In this document: positions 53,889 through 63,269 of the stretch, piece by piece
Layout: every line of letters starts with the position of its first letter
How positions within the stretch are numbered: the stretch's first letter is position 1
DNA from: an uncultured Pelagibacteraceae bacterium
GTDB lineage: Bacteria; Pseudomonadota; Alphaproteobacteria; Pelagibacterales; Pelagibacteraceae
DNA: 64,000 nucleotides
Direction of reading: 5' to 3'
NCBI GenBank assembly: GCA_902529645.1
Contig: CABZXO010000004.1
Location: forward strand, 9,226 to 73,225
The notes under the pieces: model-generated
Seen by the model: only the letters and a program-made list of their open reading frames with translations
The model's database searches: none
What the model was told of the DNA's origin: nothing
Position numbers and translations under genes: made by a program

Positions 53889-54728
53889 TTAGTCCACAAT
53901 AACTTTTTTGTTATTTGTGTAAATATTAAAACTGTCCCTCTTTACGAAACCAACAAGGGTAATGTCAAATTTATTCGCTAAATCGATAGCAAGACTAGTT
54001 GGCGCACCAACGCCAATCATTATACCTATATCTGTCATCAAAACCTTTTGAACCAATTCAAAATTTAGTCTGCCTGAGCATGTTATAAATTGGTTTTTAG
54101 GATCAATTTGGTTGCTCTTTAATGCACAACCAATAAGTTTATCTAGAGCATTATGTCTTCCCACATCTTCTCTGACAGCAATCAATTCTCCATTACTATT
54201 AAAAAGACCACTAGCATGAATTCCACCTGTTTTACTAAATTCTGATTGGCCTTCTTTCAATGTGTTTGGCGATTTAACAATTACTTCTTTTTTGATTTTG
54301 GGTTCTAATGGATTTGTTTTATTTTTTTTTATTATTTCTAGAGCATCAAGTGAAGATTTTCCACATACACCACAAGATGAATTAGTTAAAAAATCTCTTT
54401 TTATTTTTGAAATATTCACATTTTCAGAATTATTTAAAGTTGCTAATATTTTATTTTGAATATTGTATTGACCAACTTTATCTCCGTAACTTTCTATTGA
54501 ATCAATATCATCAATATTTTTTATAATTTGTTCATTATATAAAAATCCTCTTACAAGATCCTCATCATCACCTGGAGTTCTCATTGTTATAGATAAACTT
54601 TGATTTATCAATTTATTAGACTCATTATATTTTAATGAAATCTCCAATGGTTCTTCAATTGAAATTAAATCATCTATATTCTCAAACTTATTAGATGAAT
54701 ATTTTAAAACTTTGTATTTAGAATTCAT
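53889..54728 (-). CDS. fdhD: Formate dehydrogenase sulfurtransferase FdhD
   Basis: SSCGVCG, TGGIHAS, EDVGRHNALDKLIG, APTSLA. Confidence 0.96.
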   Translation of the reverse strand: MNSKYKVLKYSSNKFENIDDLISIEEPLEISLKYNESNKLINQSLSITMRTPGDDEDLVRGFLYNEQIIKNIDDIDSIESYGDKVGQYNIQNKILATLNNSENVNISKIKRDFLTNSSCGVCGKSSLDALEIIKKNKTNPLEPKIKKEVIVKSPNTLKEGQSEFSKTGGIHASGLFNSNGELIAVREDVGRHNALDKLIGCALKSNQIDPKNQFITCSGRLNFELVQKVLMTDIGIMIGVGAPTSLAIDLANKFDITLVGFVKRDSFNIYTNNKKVIVD

Positions 54729-54732
54729 TAAA

Positions 54733-55209
54733 TTATTTTAATGGATAGTTTTTTTTTAATAAATATTTGTTAATTATAATTGCTAATAACAATATAATAA
54801 TACAACCAAAAATTATTGGATTAATTAAATAATCATAAGAGGCACTTCCTATAATAACTATAATTGGATTTCCACCAGCAGGTGGGTGAACAATATTAAA
54901 TAAAATCATTAAAAAAACTCCTGCTCCAACAGCGATTGCAATACTGATATAAATAGGGAGCGGAATATAGTTTACAAAAATTACTCCTACTAAAGCAGTT
55001 ACCAAATGTCCAAAAAAAACATTTTTTGGTTGTGCAAATGGGCTTTCAGGAAAACCAAATAGTAAAACCATTGAAGAACCAAAAGAGGCTGCAATAAAAT
55101 ATCCAAGTGTACTTTTATAAGTAAGGACTGTTAGCACACCAATTGTAAATGCAGAAAAAAAACCTGCAATTAATGCTTTTTGCAATAAGGGTTTTGTAAT
55201 TTTGATCAT
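54733..55209 (-). CDS. HPP family membrane protein
   Basis: SFGSS, SPFAQP, VHPPAG. Confidence 0.92.
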   Translation of the reverse strand: MIKITKPLLQKALIAGFFSAFTIGVLTVLTYKSTLGYFIAASFGSSMVLLFGFPESPFAQPKNVFFGHLVTALVGVIFVNYIPLPIYISIAIAVGAGVFLMILFNIVHPPAGGNPIIVIIGSASYDYLINPIIFGCIIILLLAIIINKYLLKKNYPLK

Positions 55210-55608
55210 TTAAATTTTTAACGCTTTAGCAATAGTTCTTAAAGGTAAAAGCAAACATTCTTTCCTTGAAAGATTTTTTTTATCTAAAATTTCTTTAAAG
55301 TCTTTCCAATGTTTTTCCATACTTACTTTTGCATCCTCAAAAAGTTGTTCACCAACTTTTATAAATGTTTTAACATCATCAACTTTTTTTTCCTTAATTT
55401 TTCTGGACAGTAGACTGACTGATGCCTGACAATAAACACATGATTTACACTGATAACCCATATCTTTTACAACATCTTCTTTGACAATTAAGCTTATTTC
55501 CATCTCATCACCACATAATGGATTTTTATGTTTTGACTTATGAGTATAGTTTTCAACAACTTTATTGTTTTCAGTATGGGCTGCTATTTCTAAAATTCTT
55601 AAATCCAT
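55210..55608 (-). CDS. NifU/SufU-like Fe-S or sulfur-transfer protein
   Basis: NPLCGDE, CVYCQAS, RKECLLL. Confidence 0.85.
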   Translation of the reverse strand: MDLRILEIAAHTENNKVVENYTHKSKHKNPLCGDEMEISLIVKEDVVKDMGYQCKSCVYCQASVSLLSRKIKEKKVDDVKTFIKVGEQLFEDAKVSMEKHWKDFKEILDKKNLSRKECLLLPLRTIAKALKI

Positions 55609-55650
55609 TTAATTTCTTTAATTCAACTTTGAATGTTTTATATTTTATAG

Positions 55651-56259
55651 ATGGATCATAACAATATTTTAGGCACTGTGCTAGCAGGCGGTAAGTCACA
55701 AAGATTTGGAGAAGATAAATCCCAAGTAAAGTTAGCTGGTAAATTGTTAATTGATCACATGTTGACTGAAATTATTAATGAATTCAAGGAACTCTTAATA
55801 GTATCAAATAATAAAATTAGTTTTCATAACTCAGAAAAAATTTCAATAATTAAAGATTTTGAAAAAGGTCTTGGTCCGTTAGGTGGAGTTTTATCAGCTA
55901 TGAAATGGATAAAAGAATACCAAAAAGACTACGACTGGATAGCAACTTTCCCTGTTGATACACCATTTTTTAAGAGACAAATACTTAAAGATTTTATTCA
56001 GAATATAAATTTTAATGAAAGTGATTTATTTTTTATTAAGTCAAACAACACACGACATAATATATTTGGCTTATGGTCCATTAATTTACTAGATAAGTTA
56101 GAGAAGGATTTAAACAATGGAGAAAGAAAAGTAGAGTTGTGGGCTAATAATACTGGGGTAAAAATAATTAATATGGAGTTTTCAAATAATGATCCTTTCT
56201 TTAATATAAATACAAAAGAAGATTTAAAAAAAGCTGAAGAAATACTTAAAAATGATTAG
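55651..56259 (+). CDS. mobA: Molybdenum cofactor guanylyltransferase
   Basis: LAGGKSQRFGEDK, GPLGG, PVDTPF, FFNINT. Confidence 0.94.
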   Translation: MDHNNILGTVLAGGKSQRFGEDKSQVKLAGKLLIDHMLTEIINEFKELLIVSNNKISFHNSEKISIIKDFEKGLGPLGGVLSAMKWIKEYQKDYDWIATFPVDTPFFKRQILKDFIQNINFNESDLFFIKSNNTRHNIFGLWSINLLDKLEKDLNNGERKVELWANNTGVKIINMEFSNNDPFFNINTKEDLKKAEEILKND

Positions 56260-57496
56260 TTACGAAAAATCTAAGACAATTTTAAAAAAAGCAAAAATTA
56301 AAATTAAAGAGGAAACTATAAAGAGTATAAATTCTCTGAATAGAGTAGTTTCTACCAATATTTATTCTAATATAGATTATCCTGCAGGGAATAATGCTGC
56401 ATTTGATGGTTACGCAATTAATTCAAAAGATACTAATGGATTAAAAAAAAAATTCCCAAAAAAATTTAAAATTATTGGCTCAATTGCAGCAGGAATGAAA
56501 CCATTTAAAAAAAAGATAAAAAAATTTTATACTGCAGAAATAATGACTGGAGGGATTATTCCAAAGGGCTTTGACACAATTATTCCCATAGAACAAATAA
56601 TTTTTGCTCCTAATAAAAAATATATTTTAATTGACCAAAAAATAAAAAAATTCGATCACGTTAGGTTTGCAGGTTCAGATTATAGAAAAGGGGAGGTTGT
56701 AATAAAAAAAAATACAATTATTCAACCAAACCATATTTTAGCTTTTAAAAGTTTAGGTATTAAACAAATTAAAGTAAAAAAAAAAATAAACATATTATTT
56801 TTTTCGACAGGAAACGAAATATCAGACAAAGACAATATTCCAAATTGGATGGTAAGAAATTCCAACACACACTATATAAAAAACTTAAATCAAAATTTTT
56901 TATTTAATTTTAAAAGTGGGAGTATATTGAGAGATAATCATCAAAATATTTTAAAACAAAAAATAAATAAATTAATCAAATCTAAAGATGATATTATTAT
57001 TACTTCAGGCGCAGTGTCTGCAGGTAAGTTTGATTTTATACCTGATGTTGTTAAAAAATTTAAGTTATCAAGCTACTTTAAAAGTGCTGCAATAAGGCCT
57101 GGAAAACCAATTATGTTTGCAAAAATTAAAGGTAAAGAAAAAGCAATATTTGGACTCCCTGGAAACCCAATCTCCTCAGCTGCATGTTTTAGATTTTTTG
57201 TAATTCCATATATTTTAAATGCTCTAGGATTATCAGAAGAAAAATCAATTAAAGCTATTTTGACGAACAGTTTTAATAAAAAAATTAATTTCACAAGATT
57301 TGTAAAGAGCCAATTAAGCACAACTAAGAATGGAAAATTAAATGTTGAAATTTTAAAAGGGCAAGAGTCTTTTAGAATTAAATCATTTGTAAAATCAAAT
57401 ATTTGGGTTTTGTTACCAGTAGGTAAATCAAAATTTAAAAAAGGAGATATCGTTGATTGTTTTTTCCCCAACCTTTCAAATCAAAATTTAGTTTAG
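56252..57496 (+). CDS. moeA: Molybdopterin molybdenumtransferase
   Basis: AAFDGYA, IMTGG, STGNE, TSGAVSAG, IRPGKP, GLPGNP. Confidence 0.95.
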   Translation: MISYEKSKTILKKAKIKIKEETIKSINSLNRVVSTNIYSNIDYPAGNNAAFDGYAINSKDTNGLKKKFPKKFKIIGSIAAGMKPFKKKIKKFYTAEIMTGGIIPKGFDTIIPIEQIIFAPNKKYILIDQKIKKFDHVRFAGSDYRKGEVVIKKNTIIQPNHILAFKSLGIKQIKVKKKINILFFSTGNEISDKDNIPNWMVRNSNTHYIKNLNQNFLFNFKSGSILRDNHQNILKQKINKLIKSKDDIIITSGAVSAGKFDFIPDVVKKFKLSSYFKSAAIRPGKPIMFAKIKGKEKAIFGLPGNPISSAACFRFFVIPYILNALGLSEEKSIKAILTNSFNKKINFTRFVKSQLSTTKNGKLNVEILKGQESFRIKSFVKSNIWVLLPVGKSKFKKGDIVDCFFPNLSNQNLV

Positions 57497-57545
57497 AAAC
57501 GTATTTTTGTTGTAGAAAATTCTATTTACAATTAGATTTCTCATT

Positions 57546-58451
57546 ATGTTGCAGTTGAGAAATCCAAGAATAGCCATCCCAGTTGTACTTTTTGCTGGTC
57601 TATTATGGTCGTTTGGCCCATTAGTAGTTCGATATATGGATAATCCTCAATTGGTACCTTGGCAGTATATTTTTGGCAGAGGTTTAACAATTTTCATCTT
57701 ATTAAATCTTTATTTATTTTTTGAGGAGGGAAAAAATTTTTACAAAAACTATTATAAAATAGGTTTATCTGGAGTAATCGGTGGATCTGGATTGGGGATC
57801 GCTATGATTACATTCATTTATTCAATTACAAATACTAGCGCTGCAGTTACATTACTTTGTTTAGCAGCAATGCCTTTTTTTACAGCATTATTGGCATTTT
57901 TATTTTTAAGAGAAAAAATTTCTTTAAATGTGTGGATATCAATAATAATTGCAACAGTTGGTATCATTATTATGGCACTTGGAAGTACTGGTGAAAAATC
58001 ATTAATTGGTTTTGTATTTGGTTTAACTTCCTCAATTGGTTTCTCAATTTTTTCTGTAACTCTAAGATGGAGAAAAGAAACACCAAAATTCACAACAGTA
58101 GCTTTTGCAGGTTTCTTTTGTTTTGTGTTTGCGACAATTATGATTTTATCAAACAACTTAGTTTTCTTTTCATCTAGTTATAACGGGACTTTATTTTCTT
58201 TGCATGGAACACTAGTTTGTTTTGGTTTAATTTTATATTCAATTGGATCTAAAGCAATACCAGCGGCAGAATTGACTTTATTATCTTTAACTGAAGTTGT
58301 AGGTGGAATTTTTTGGGTTTGGTTACCATTATTTGGTATTAATGAAGTGCCATCCACAAATACTATAATCGGTGGTTTTTTTCTTTTTGTATCTATATTT
58401 TATTACAGTTTAATAATGAGATGGAACAAAAGATATATTGCTTTAAATTAA
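57546..58451 (+). CDS. DMT (EamA) family transporter
   Basis: About 10 TM; FLREKI, LTEVVGGIFWVW; 1 nt from the creatinase start. Confidence 0.88.
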   Translation: MLQLRNPRIAIPVVLFAGLLWSFGPLVVRYMDNPQLVPWQYIFGRGLTIFILLNLYLFFEEGKNFYKNYYKIGLSGVIGGSGLGIAMITFIYSITNTSAAVTLLCLAAMPFFTALLAFLFLREKISLNVWISIIIATVGIIIMALGSTGEKSLIGFVFGLTSSIGFSIFSVTLRWRKETPKFTTVAFAGFFCFVFATIMILSNNLVFFSSSYNGTLFSLHGTLVCFGLILYSIGSKAIPAAELTLLSLTEVVGGIFWVWLPLFGINEVPSTNTIIGGFFLFVSIFYYSLIMRWNKRYIALN

Positions 58452-58452
58452 T

Positions 58453-59670
58453 ATGGAACGGCCAGATTTTTTTGAACTTAAAAACGGTGAAAAAGTAAAA
58501 TTACCATTTACTGATAAAGAATATAACGATCGAGTAAGTAAACTTAGATCAATGATGGACCAAAATGGTCTTAATATGGTTATCTTAACCTCAATGCATA
58601 ACGTTGCATATTACACAGGTTTTATTTATTGTTCTTTTGGTAGACCATACGGATGTGTGATAACTCAAAGTAAAATTTCAACAATTTCAGCTAATATTGA
58701 TGCAAGTCAACCTTGGCGTAGATCTCACTGTGATAACGTTATTTATACTGATTGGAAAAGAGATAATTTTTTAAGAGCAATTGTTTCAATTATTGGAAGA
58801 GATGAACCTCCAAAAAATATTGGAATAGAAAATGATCATGTCACGTTAGATATGCGAGAAAAAATAGGGTCTATTTTTACTTTCTCTATTTTTAGTGATG
58901 TTTCAAAAGATCTAATGAAACTTAGAATGATTAAATCGAATGAAGAAATTGAGATCATCAAAAATGGCGCAAGAATTGCAGACATTGGTGGTGAAGAAAT
59001 AGTTAAAAATATTAGAGAAGATAATACAGAGATCGAAGTAGCAATTGCAGCAAGAGATAGAATGGAAAGAGAAATTGTTAAAAGTTATCCAGGGGCAGAG
59101 TATATGGACACTTGGGTATGGTTTCAATCTGGTATTAACACAGATGGAGCTCACAATCCAAAGACTAATAGAAAATTAGTTAAAGGAGATATTTTATCTT
59201 TAAATACTTTTCCAATGATCTCAGGATACTACACTGCGCTAGAGCGAACTTTATTTTTAGATTATGCTAATGATGAATCACTTAAAGCATGGGAAGCAAA
59301 CGTAAAAGTGCATAAGCGAGGATTAGAATTGATTAAACCAGGTGTTAAATGTTCAGATATTTGTCATGAGTTAAATGAATTGTTTGCTCAACTTGGTTAC
59401 CTTCATTATAGAACTTTTGGTTACGGACATTCATTTGGTATGCTTTCTCACTTTTATGGAAGAGAAGCAGGTTTAGAATTAAGAGAAGACATTGACACTA
59501 TTCTTGAGGAAAACATGGTGGTTTCTATGGAACCAATGATAATGATTCCAGAGGGTAATCCTGGTGCAGGTGGATATAGAGAACACGATATTTTGGTGAT
59601 TGGTAAAGATGGAGTAGAAAATATTACAAAATTTCCTTTCGGCCCTGAACATAATATTATAAAAAACTAA
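58453..59670 (+). CDS. Creatinase (creatine amidinohydrolase, M24 fold)
   Basis: YCSFGRPYG, WFQSGINTDGAHN, GYYTALERT, RTFGYGHSFG, GREAGLELREDI, SMEPM, GGYREHD. Confidence 0.92.
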   Translation: MERPDFFELKNGEKVKLPFTDKEYNDRVSKLRSMMDQNGLNMVILTSMHNVAYYTGFIYCSFGRPYGCVITQSKISTISANIDASQPWRRSHCDNVIYTDWKRDNFLRAIVSIIGRDEPPKNIGIENDHVTLDMREKIGSIFTFSIFSDVSKDLMKLRMIKSNEEIEIIKNGARIADIGGEEIVKNIREDNTEIEVAIAARDRMEREIVKSYPGAEYMDTWVWFQSGINTDGAHNPKTNRKLVKGDILSLNTFPMISGYYTALERTLFLDYANDESLKAWEANVKVHKRGLELIKPGVKCSDICHELNELFAQLGYLHYRTFGYGHSFGMLSHFYGREAGLELREDIDTILEENMVVSMEPMIMIPEGNPGAGGYREHDILVIGKDGVENITKFPFGPEHNIIKN

Positions 59671-59675
59671 TCCTT

Positions 59676-60791
59676 ATGAATGAGAATAAAACTATTGTTA
59701 ATAGTTGGAATGAGTGGGATCCGTTAAAACATGTAATTGTTGGTAGAGCGGATGGCACATGTATACCTGCGCCTGAACCAGCATTAGATGCAAAAGTTCC
59801 AGAAGACAGTGATATGCGAGGTCAGTTTGGACCAAGAACCAAAGATACTATCGATAAAGCAAATGAATTATTAGATAACTTTTCAAAAATTCTTGAAAAA
59901 AGAGGCATTAAAGTTGATCGACCAACGCCAATAAATTTTAATCAAAAAACGTCCACACCTGATTGGGAAGCTGAAACAATGTTTGGCTGCATGCCACCAA
60001 GAGATGTTTTGTTAACAGTGGGTAATGAGATCTTGGAAGCTACAATGAGTTACCGATGTCGTTGGTTTGAATATTTATGTTACCGACCACTTTTAAAAGA
60101 TTATTATAATCAAGATCCTAATATGAGACACGAGTCTGCTCCAAAGCCAAGATTAACGGATGCAGATTATAGAAAAGATTATTTATCTGATAAAATAGGC
60201 GTTCAAAAAAGATTAGAGTGGACTGAAAAAAAATATTTTGTAACTACTGAGGAAGAACCATTGTTTGATGCAGCAGATGTATTAAGATTTGGTAAAGATT
60301 TAGTTGTTCAGCATGGATTTACAACTAATTTAAAAGGAATTGATTGGTTAAAGCGACATTATAAAAATCATAGAGTTCATGCAGTTAACTTCCCAGGTGA
60401 TCCTTATCCAATTCACATTGATGCAACTTTTACACCAATAAAAGAGGGTTTAATTATCAATAATCCGCAAAGAAGACTCCCTAAGGAACAGAGAAAATTA
60501 TTTGAGGGCAATGGTTGGGAAATATTAGACAGTGCTCAACCAGCACATAACGAACCGCCACCATTATGTTATTCATCAACTTGGTTATCAATGAATGTTT
60601 TAGTATTAGATCCTAAGACTGTATGTGTGGAAAAAAGTGAAATTTATCAAGCTGAACAATTAGATAAGTTAGGAATGGAAGTTATACCGGTTGAACTAAG
60701 AGATGCATATGCTTTTGGAGGAGGCCTTCATTGCTGTACAGCTGATGTTTATCGAGAAGGCGATTTAAAAGACTATTTTCCAAAACAATAA
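59676..60791 (+). CDS. Amidinotransferase (L-arginine:glycine amidinotransferase family)
   Basis: SWNEWDPL, PRD, FDAAD, HIDAT, GGLHCCT (Asp-His-Cys triad). Confidence 0.92.
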   Translation: MNENKTIVNSWNEWDPLKHVIVGRADGTCIPAPEPALDAKVPEDSDMRGQFGPRTKDTIDKANELLDNFSKILEKRGIKVDRPTPINFNQKTSTPDWEAETMFGCMPPRDVLLTVGNEILEATMSYRCRWFEYLCYRPLLKDYYNQDPNMRHESAPKPRLTDADYRKDYLSDKIGVQKRLEWTEKKYFVTTEEEPLFDAADVLRFGKDLVVQHGFTTNLKGIDWLKRHYKNHRVHAVNFPGDPYPIHIDATFTPIKEGLIINNPQRRLPKEQRKLFEGNGWEILDSAQPAHNEPPPLCYSSTWLSMNVLVLDPKTVCVEKSEIYQAEQLDKLGMEVIPVELRDAYAFGGGLHCCTADVYREGDLKDYFPKQ

Positions 60792-61019
60792 TTAATTTGG
60801 ATTTTGTTTTAAAAGTTCAATATATTTAATAACATCATTATATTTTTCATCAGGAATATCTTTGTAGCTTGCATTGAATTTGCTTTTTACACAAATAGCA
60901 ACATGAGCATAGGGGTTTCTTCCTTTTGGGTGATTTGGGTGGTCAGGTAATTGCCCCACCAAATAATCGCCAGCTTCCTGAATAATTTTCCAGAGTTTCT
61001 GCGACTTTTCTGGGCTCAT
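60792..61019 (-). CDS. Small hypothetical protein with ORF6C-like C-terminus
   Basis: 75 aa; KSKFNASYKDIPDEKYNDVIKYI resembles the ORF6C motif (recognised by eye). Confidence 0.6.
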   Translation of the reverse strand: MSPEKSQKLWKIIQEAGDYLVGQLPDHPNHPKGRNPYAHVAICVKSKFNASYKDIPDEKYNDVIKYIELLKQNPN

Positions 61020-61042
61020 ACCACTTCAAACTTTGTTTTATC

Positions 61043-61114
61043 TTAAAAAGTTCTTGTTATGGTTCTAGTTATCCTACAAAATCCTTTAACCACGATACTT
61101 AAAAGTTTTTTCAT
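61043..61114 (-). pseudogene. Truncated signal-peptide remnant (MKKLLSIVVKG...)
   Basis: 23-codon ORF starting like a Sec signal peptide, downstream of the hydrolase gene. Confidence 0.3.
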
Positions 61115-61131
61115 CTCTTTAGTTTATTAAA

Positions 61132-62238
61132 TTAATTTAATAAATTTTCTTTCCAAAAAGCTAAATACTCTGGCATAAAAGTTTTTCCATGGTTACCCCC
61201 TTCAGTAACACCTTTTCCAATACATTTTTCTTTTTTAAGACCCTTGAACATTGTTTTAAAAGCTTTTCTTGGATTTTTACGTGATAACTCATTAAATTCA
61301 TCCAAACTTTTTATTTTTGTATTTTTTAAAATTAAATCAAAAAACTCTTTATTAGGATTCCCATCATCCTCTGTGTAAAAATTAGGACACTTCCAAAAAT
61401 ATTGAGTTCTTTTTTCTATTTCTGGCTCATAATTTCCAGTAAATAAATGATACCATCCCTCTCTTAAATCTATTTCAATATCAGCACCTTTAGCTTGCAT
61501 TTTTTCCATTAGATCTACACATGGACCTGGTAAGGTATAATCCTCAGCTAAACCATGTACATACCAAATTTTAGTTTCTTTAACTGGAGTTGGATTTCTA
61601 AACATTCCAGAAATTCCACATTCAGCAGATCTTGGTTGAGACGCAGCAAAATAAAGATCTTTGCTAACTAATATATCTCTCAATCTTTTTTCTGCAGCCA
61701 TTATTGAAAGATTTCCTCCCCTTGAATAACCAGAGACACCTACTTTTTTAATATTTATTTTTGGATCCTTACTGAGATAATCCAATGCCATAAACACATC
61801 TATATAAGTAGACCATAAAGATGCTTTTGATTGATCTGTATAAGTATGTTTTGCACCTCTCGCAGAAAAATTATCTAAATACATTGTCGCTATCCCCATG
61901 TCTAACAGAGGTTTTTGTTGATCTCTCATAAACTCTAGCCAATTTGCAGTAAATTCATCAGCACCACCACTACTATGAACGATTAATAATAAAGGAAATG
62001 GACCTTCTCCCTCTGGATAAGTAATAAGAGCATCAACTATTATTGGACTCTCTTTATACCAGCCCTCCAAAATGCCTTTATAATCAGAAGTTTGATACGA
62101 ATTAATCTTAATTAATTCTCCATTGCCTAGTTGTTTGGATAATTTTTTAAGTGGTGTTTTTTTTGGTTTAATTGTTTCTGCGTTAAGAACCGTACTTGAG
62201 ATAAAAATTAATAATGTAATAACCAAAATTTTTTTCAT
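61132..62238 (-). CDS. Secreted dienelactone-hydrolase-like alpha/beta hydrolase
   Basis: Signal peptide; HSSGG, GYSRGG nucleophile elbow, HGLAEDYT, WYHLF. Confidence 0.8.
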   Translation of the reverse strand: MKKILVITLLIFISSTVLNAETIKPKKTPLKKLSKQLGNGELIKINSYQTSDYKGILEGWYKESPIIVDALITYPEGEGPFPLLLIVHSSGGADEFTANWLEFMRDQQKPLLDMGIATMYLDNFSARGAKHTYTDQSKASLWSTYIDVFMALDYLSKDPKINIKKVGVSGYSRGGNLSIMAAEKRLRDILVSKDLYFAASQPRSAECGISGMFRNPTPVKETKIWYVHGLAEDYTLPGPCVDLMEKMQAKGADIEIDLREGWYHLFTGNYEPEIEKRTQYFWKCPNFYTEDDGNPNKEFFDLILKNTKIKSLDEFNELSRKNPRKAFKTMFKGLKKEKCIGKGVTEGGNHGKTFMPEYLAFWKENLLN

Positions 62239-62252
62239 ATAAAATAATTTAA

Positions 62253-62444
62253 TTAAAGACTGATTTTGAAAGTTCTTGAAGTTTTGTCGTCTGATACTTT
62301 TAAAATTTTAAATTTTGAAGTTTTCTCAAGCTTTTGACCTTTGTTTGTAACAAAAGATTTCATTTTCTTAACTTCACCTTCGGGCATTTTTCTTGTGTAC
62401 TTCAGTGTATGTTTTTTTGAACCTATAACAAATATTGTTTTCAT
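62253..62444 (-). CDS. Small basic hypothetical protein
   Basis: 63-aa Lys-rich ORF; TATAAT shortly upstream; packs against the next gene. Confidence 0.65.
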   Translation of the reverse strand: MKTIFVIGSKKHTLKYTRKMPEGEVKKMKSFVTNKGQKLEKTSKFKILKVSDDKTSRTFKISL

Positions 62445-62540
62445 GAGGTTTTAATTACAATTATATTTATTATCTGTCTCTGTGACATAAGTTTCATTTA
62501 AGACTTTGGGGTTATTTTGACACCGAGAATTTACTAAAAA

Positions 62541-62693
62541 ATGAAAGAAAAGGAGAGAATAGAGCGTAATCGTGCTGCACTAGCTAGAGAACAAAGACGT
62601 ATTTTTTGGTGCAATGCCTATGAACAAGGTAATTATGTCAGTCTTCGCTCTGATAGATATAAAAGACAAGAAAAAAAGTGTGAATATTATTAA
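62541..62693 (+). CDS. Putative 50-aa hypothetical protein or gene fragment
   Basis: Translated by hand: MKEKERIERNRAALAREQRRIFWCNAYEQGNYVSLRSDRYKRQEKKCEYY; ends 9 nt before the convergent gene. Confidence 0.35.
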   Translation: MKEKERIERNRAALAREQRRIFWCNAYEQGNYVSLRSDRYKRQEKKCEYY

Positions 62694-62702
62694 TCTAAAT
62701 AT

Positions 62703-63170
62703 TTATCTAAAAAATAAACTTTTTTTAATATCTATAATTTCTCTTATTTGTTTGTCTTTAATAGCATTCCAAGAAATAAATAGAGTGCATAATTGATATA
62801 AGGCAAATATCTCATTTTTTTGATTTTGAGACAATTTACTATCTGCTTCTATATAGTTTTCAAAATAAGAAATATTATTTCTTGCACAGTTTAAATAATA
62901 TTTACAAGCATCTGTTACTGTAGCAGTTGACCACCAGTTTGAGTCTCTGAAAAGATTTGATATTTCTTGGTAGAAAGAACTTGTTTCAGAAATAACTAAA
63001 TCCTTTTGAACATTTTCTGAAAACTGATCTAATTCAAATTGAATTAAAGCTAATATCTTTTTTTCACTACTTCTCTTAACATGTAGTTCAATAACATTTC
63101 TATATGACATGGAATTTATTTTGTTCCAATTATTGAAAAAATCGTTTGGTGCTTTGTTGAGATCGCTCAC
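62703..63170 (-). CDS. Hypothetical protein
   Basis: 155-aa ORF with GTG start; no recognisable motif. Confidence 0.6.
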   Translation of the reverse strand: MSDLNKAPNDFFNNWNKINSMSYRNVIELHVKRSSEKKILALIQFELDQFSENVQKDLVISETSSFYQEISNLFRDSNWWSTATVTDACKYYLNCARNNISYFENYIEADSKLSQNQKNEIFALYQLCTLFISWNAIKDKQIREIIDIKKSLFFR

Positions 63171-63269
63171 GTTTAATAATAGTTTTAAATTTTAATTGAA
63201 ATAACACTAAATTAACTATGCCAATATTAACAGTTTTAATTTTTAATTTTTAGTCTAATTGAAAATTAA

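Noticed and set aside
128-62796. Short antisense or overlapping ORFs in the track (e.g. 128-466, 1180-1518, 26225-26614, 37137-37529, 38116-38496, 39808-40128, 57073-57471, 62614-62796)
   Set aside because: Shadow frames of well-supported genes or the riboswitch, with no motifs
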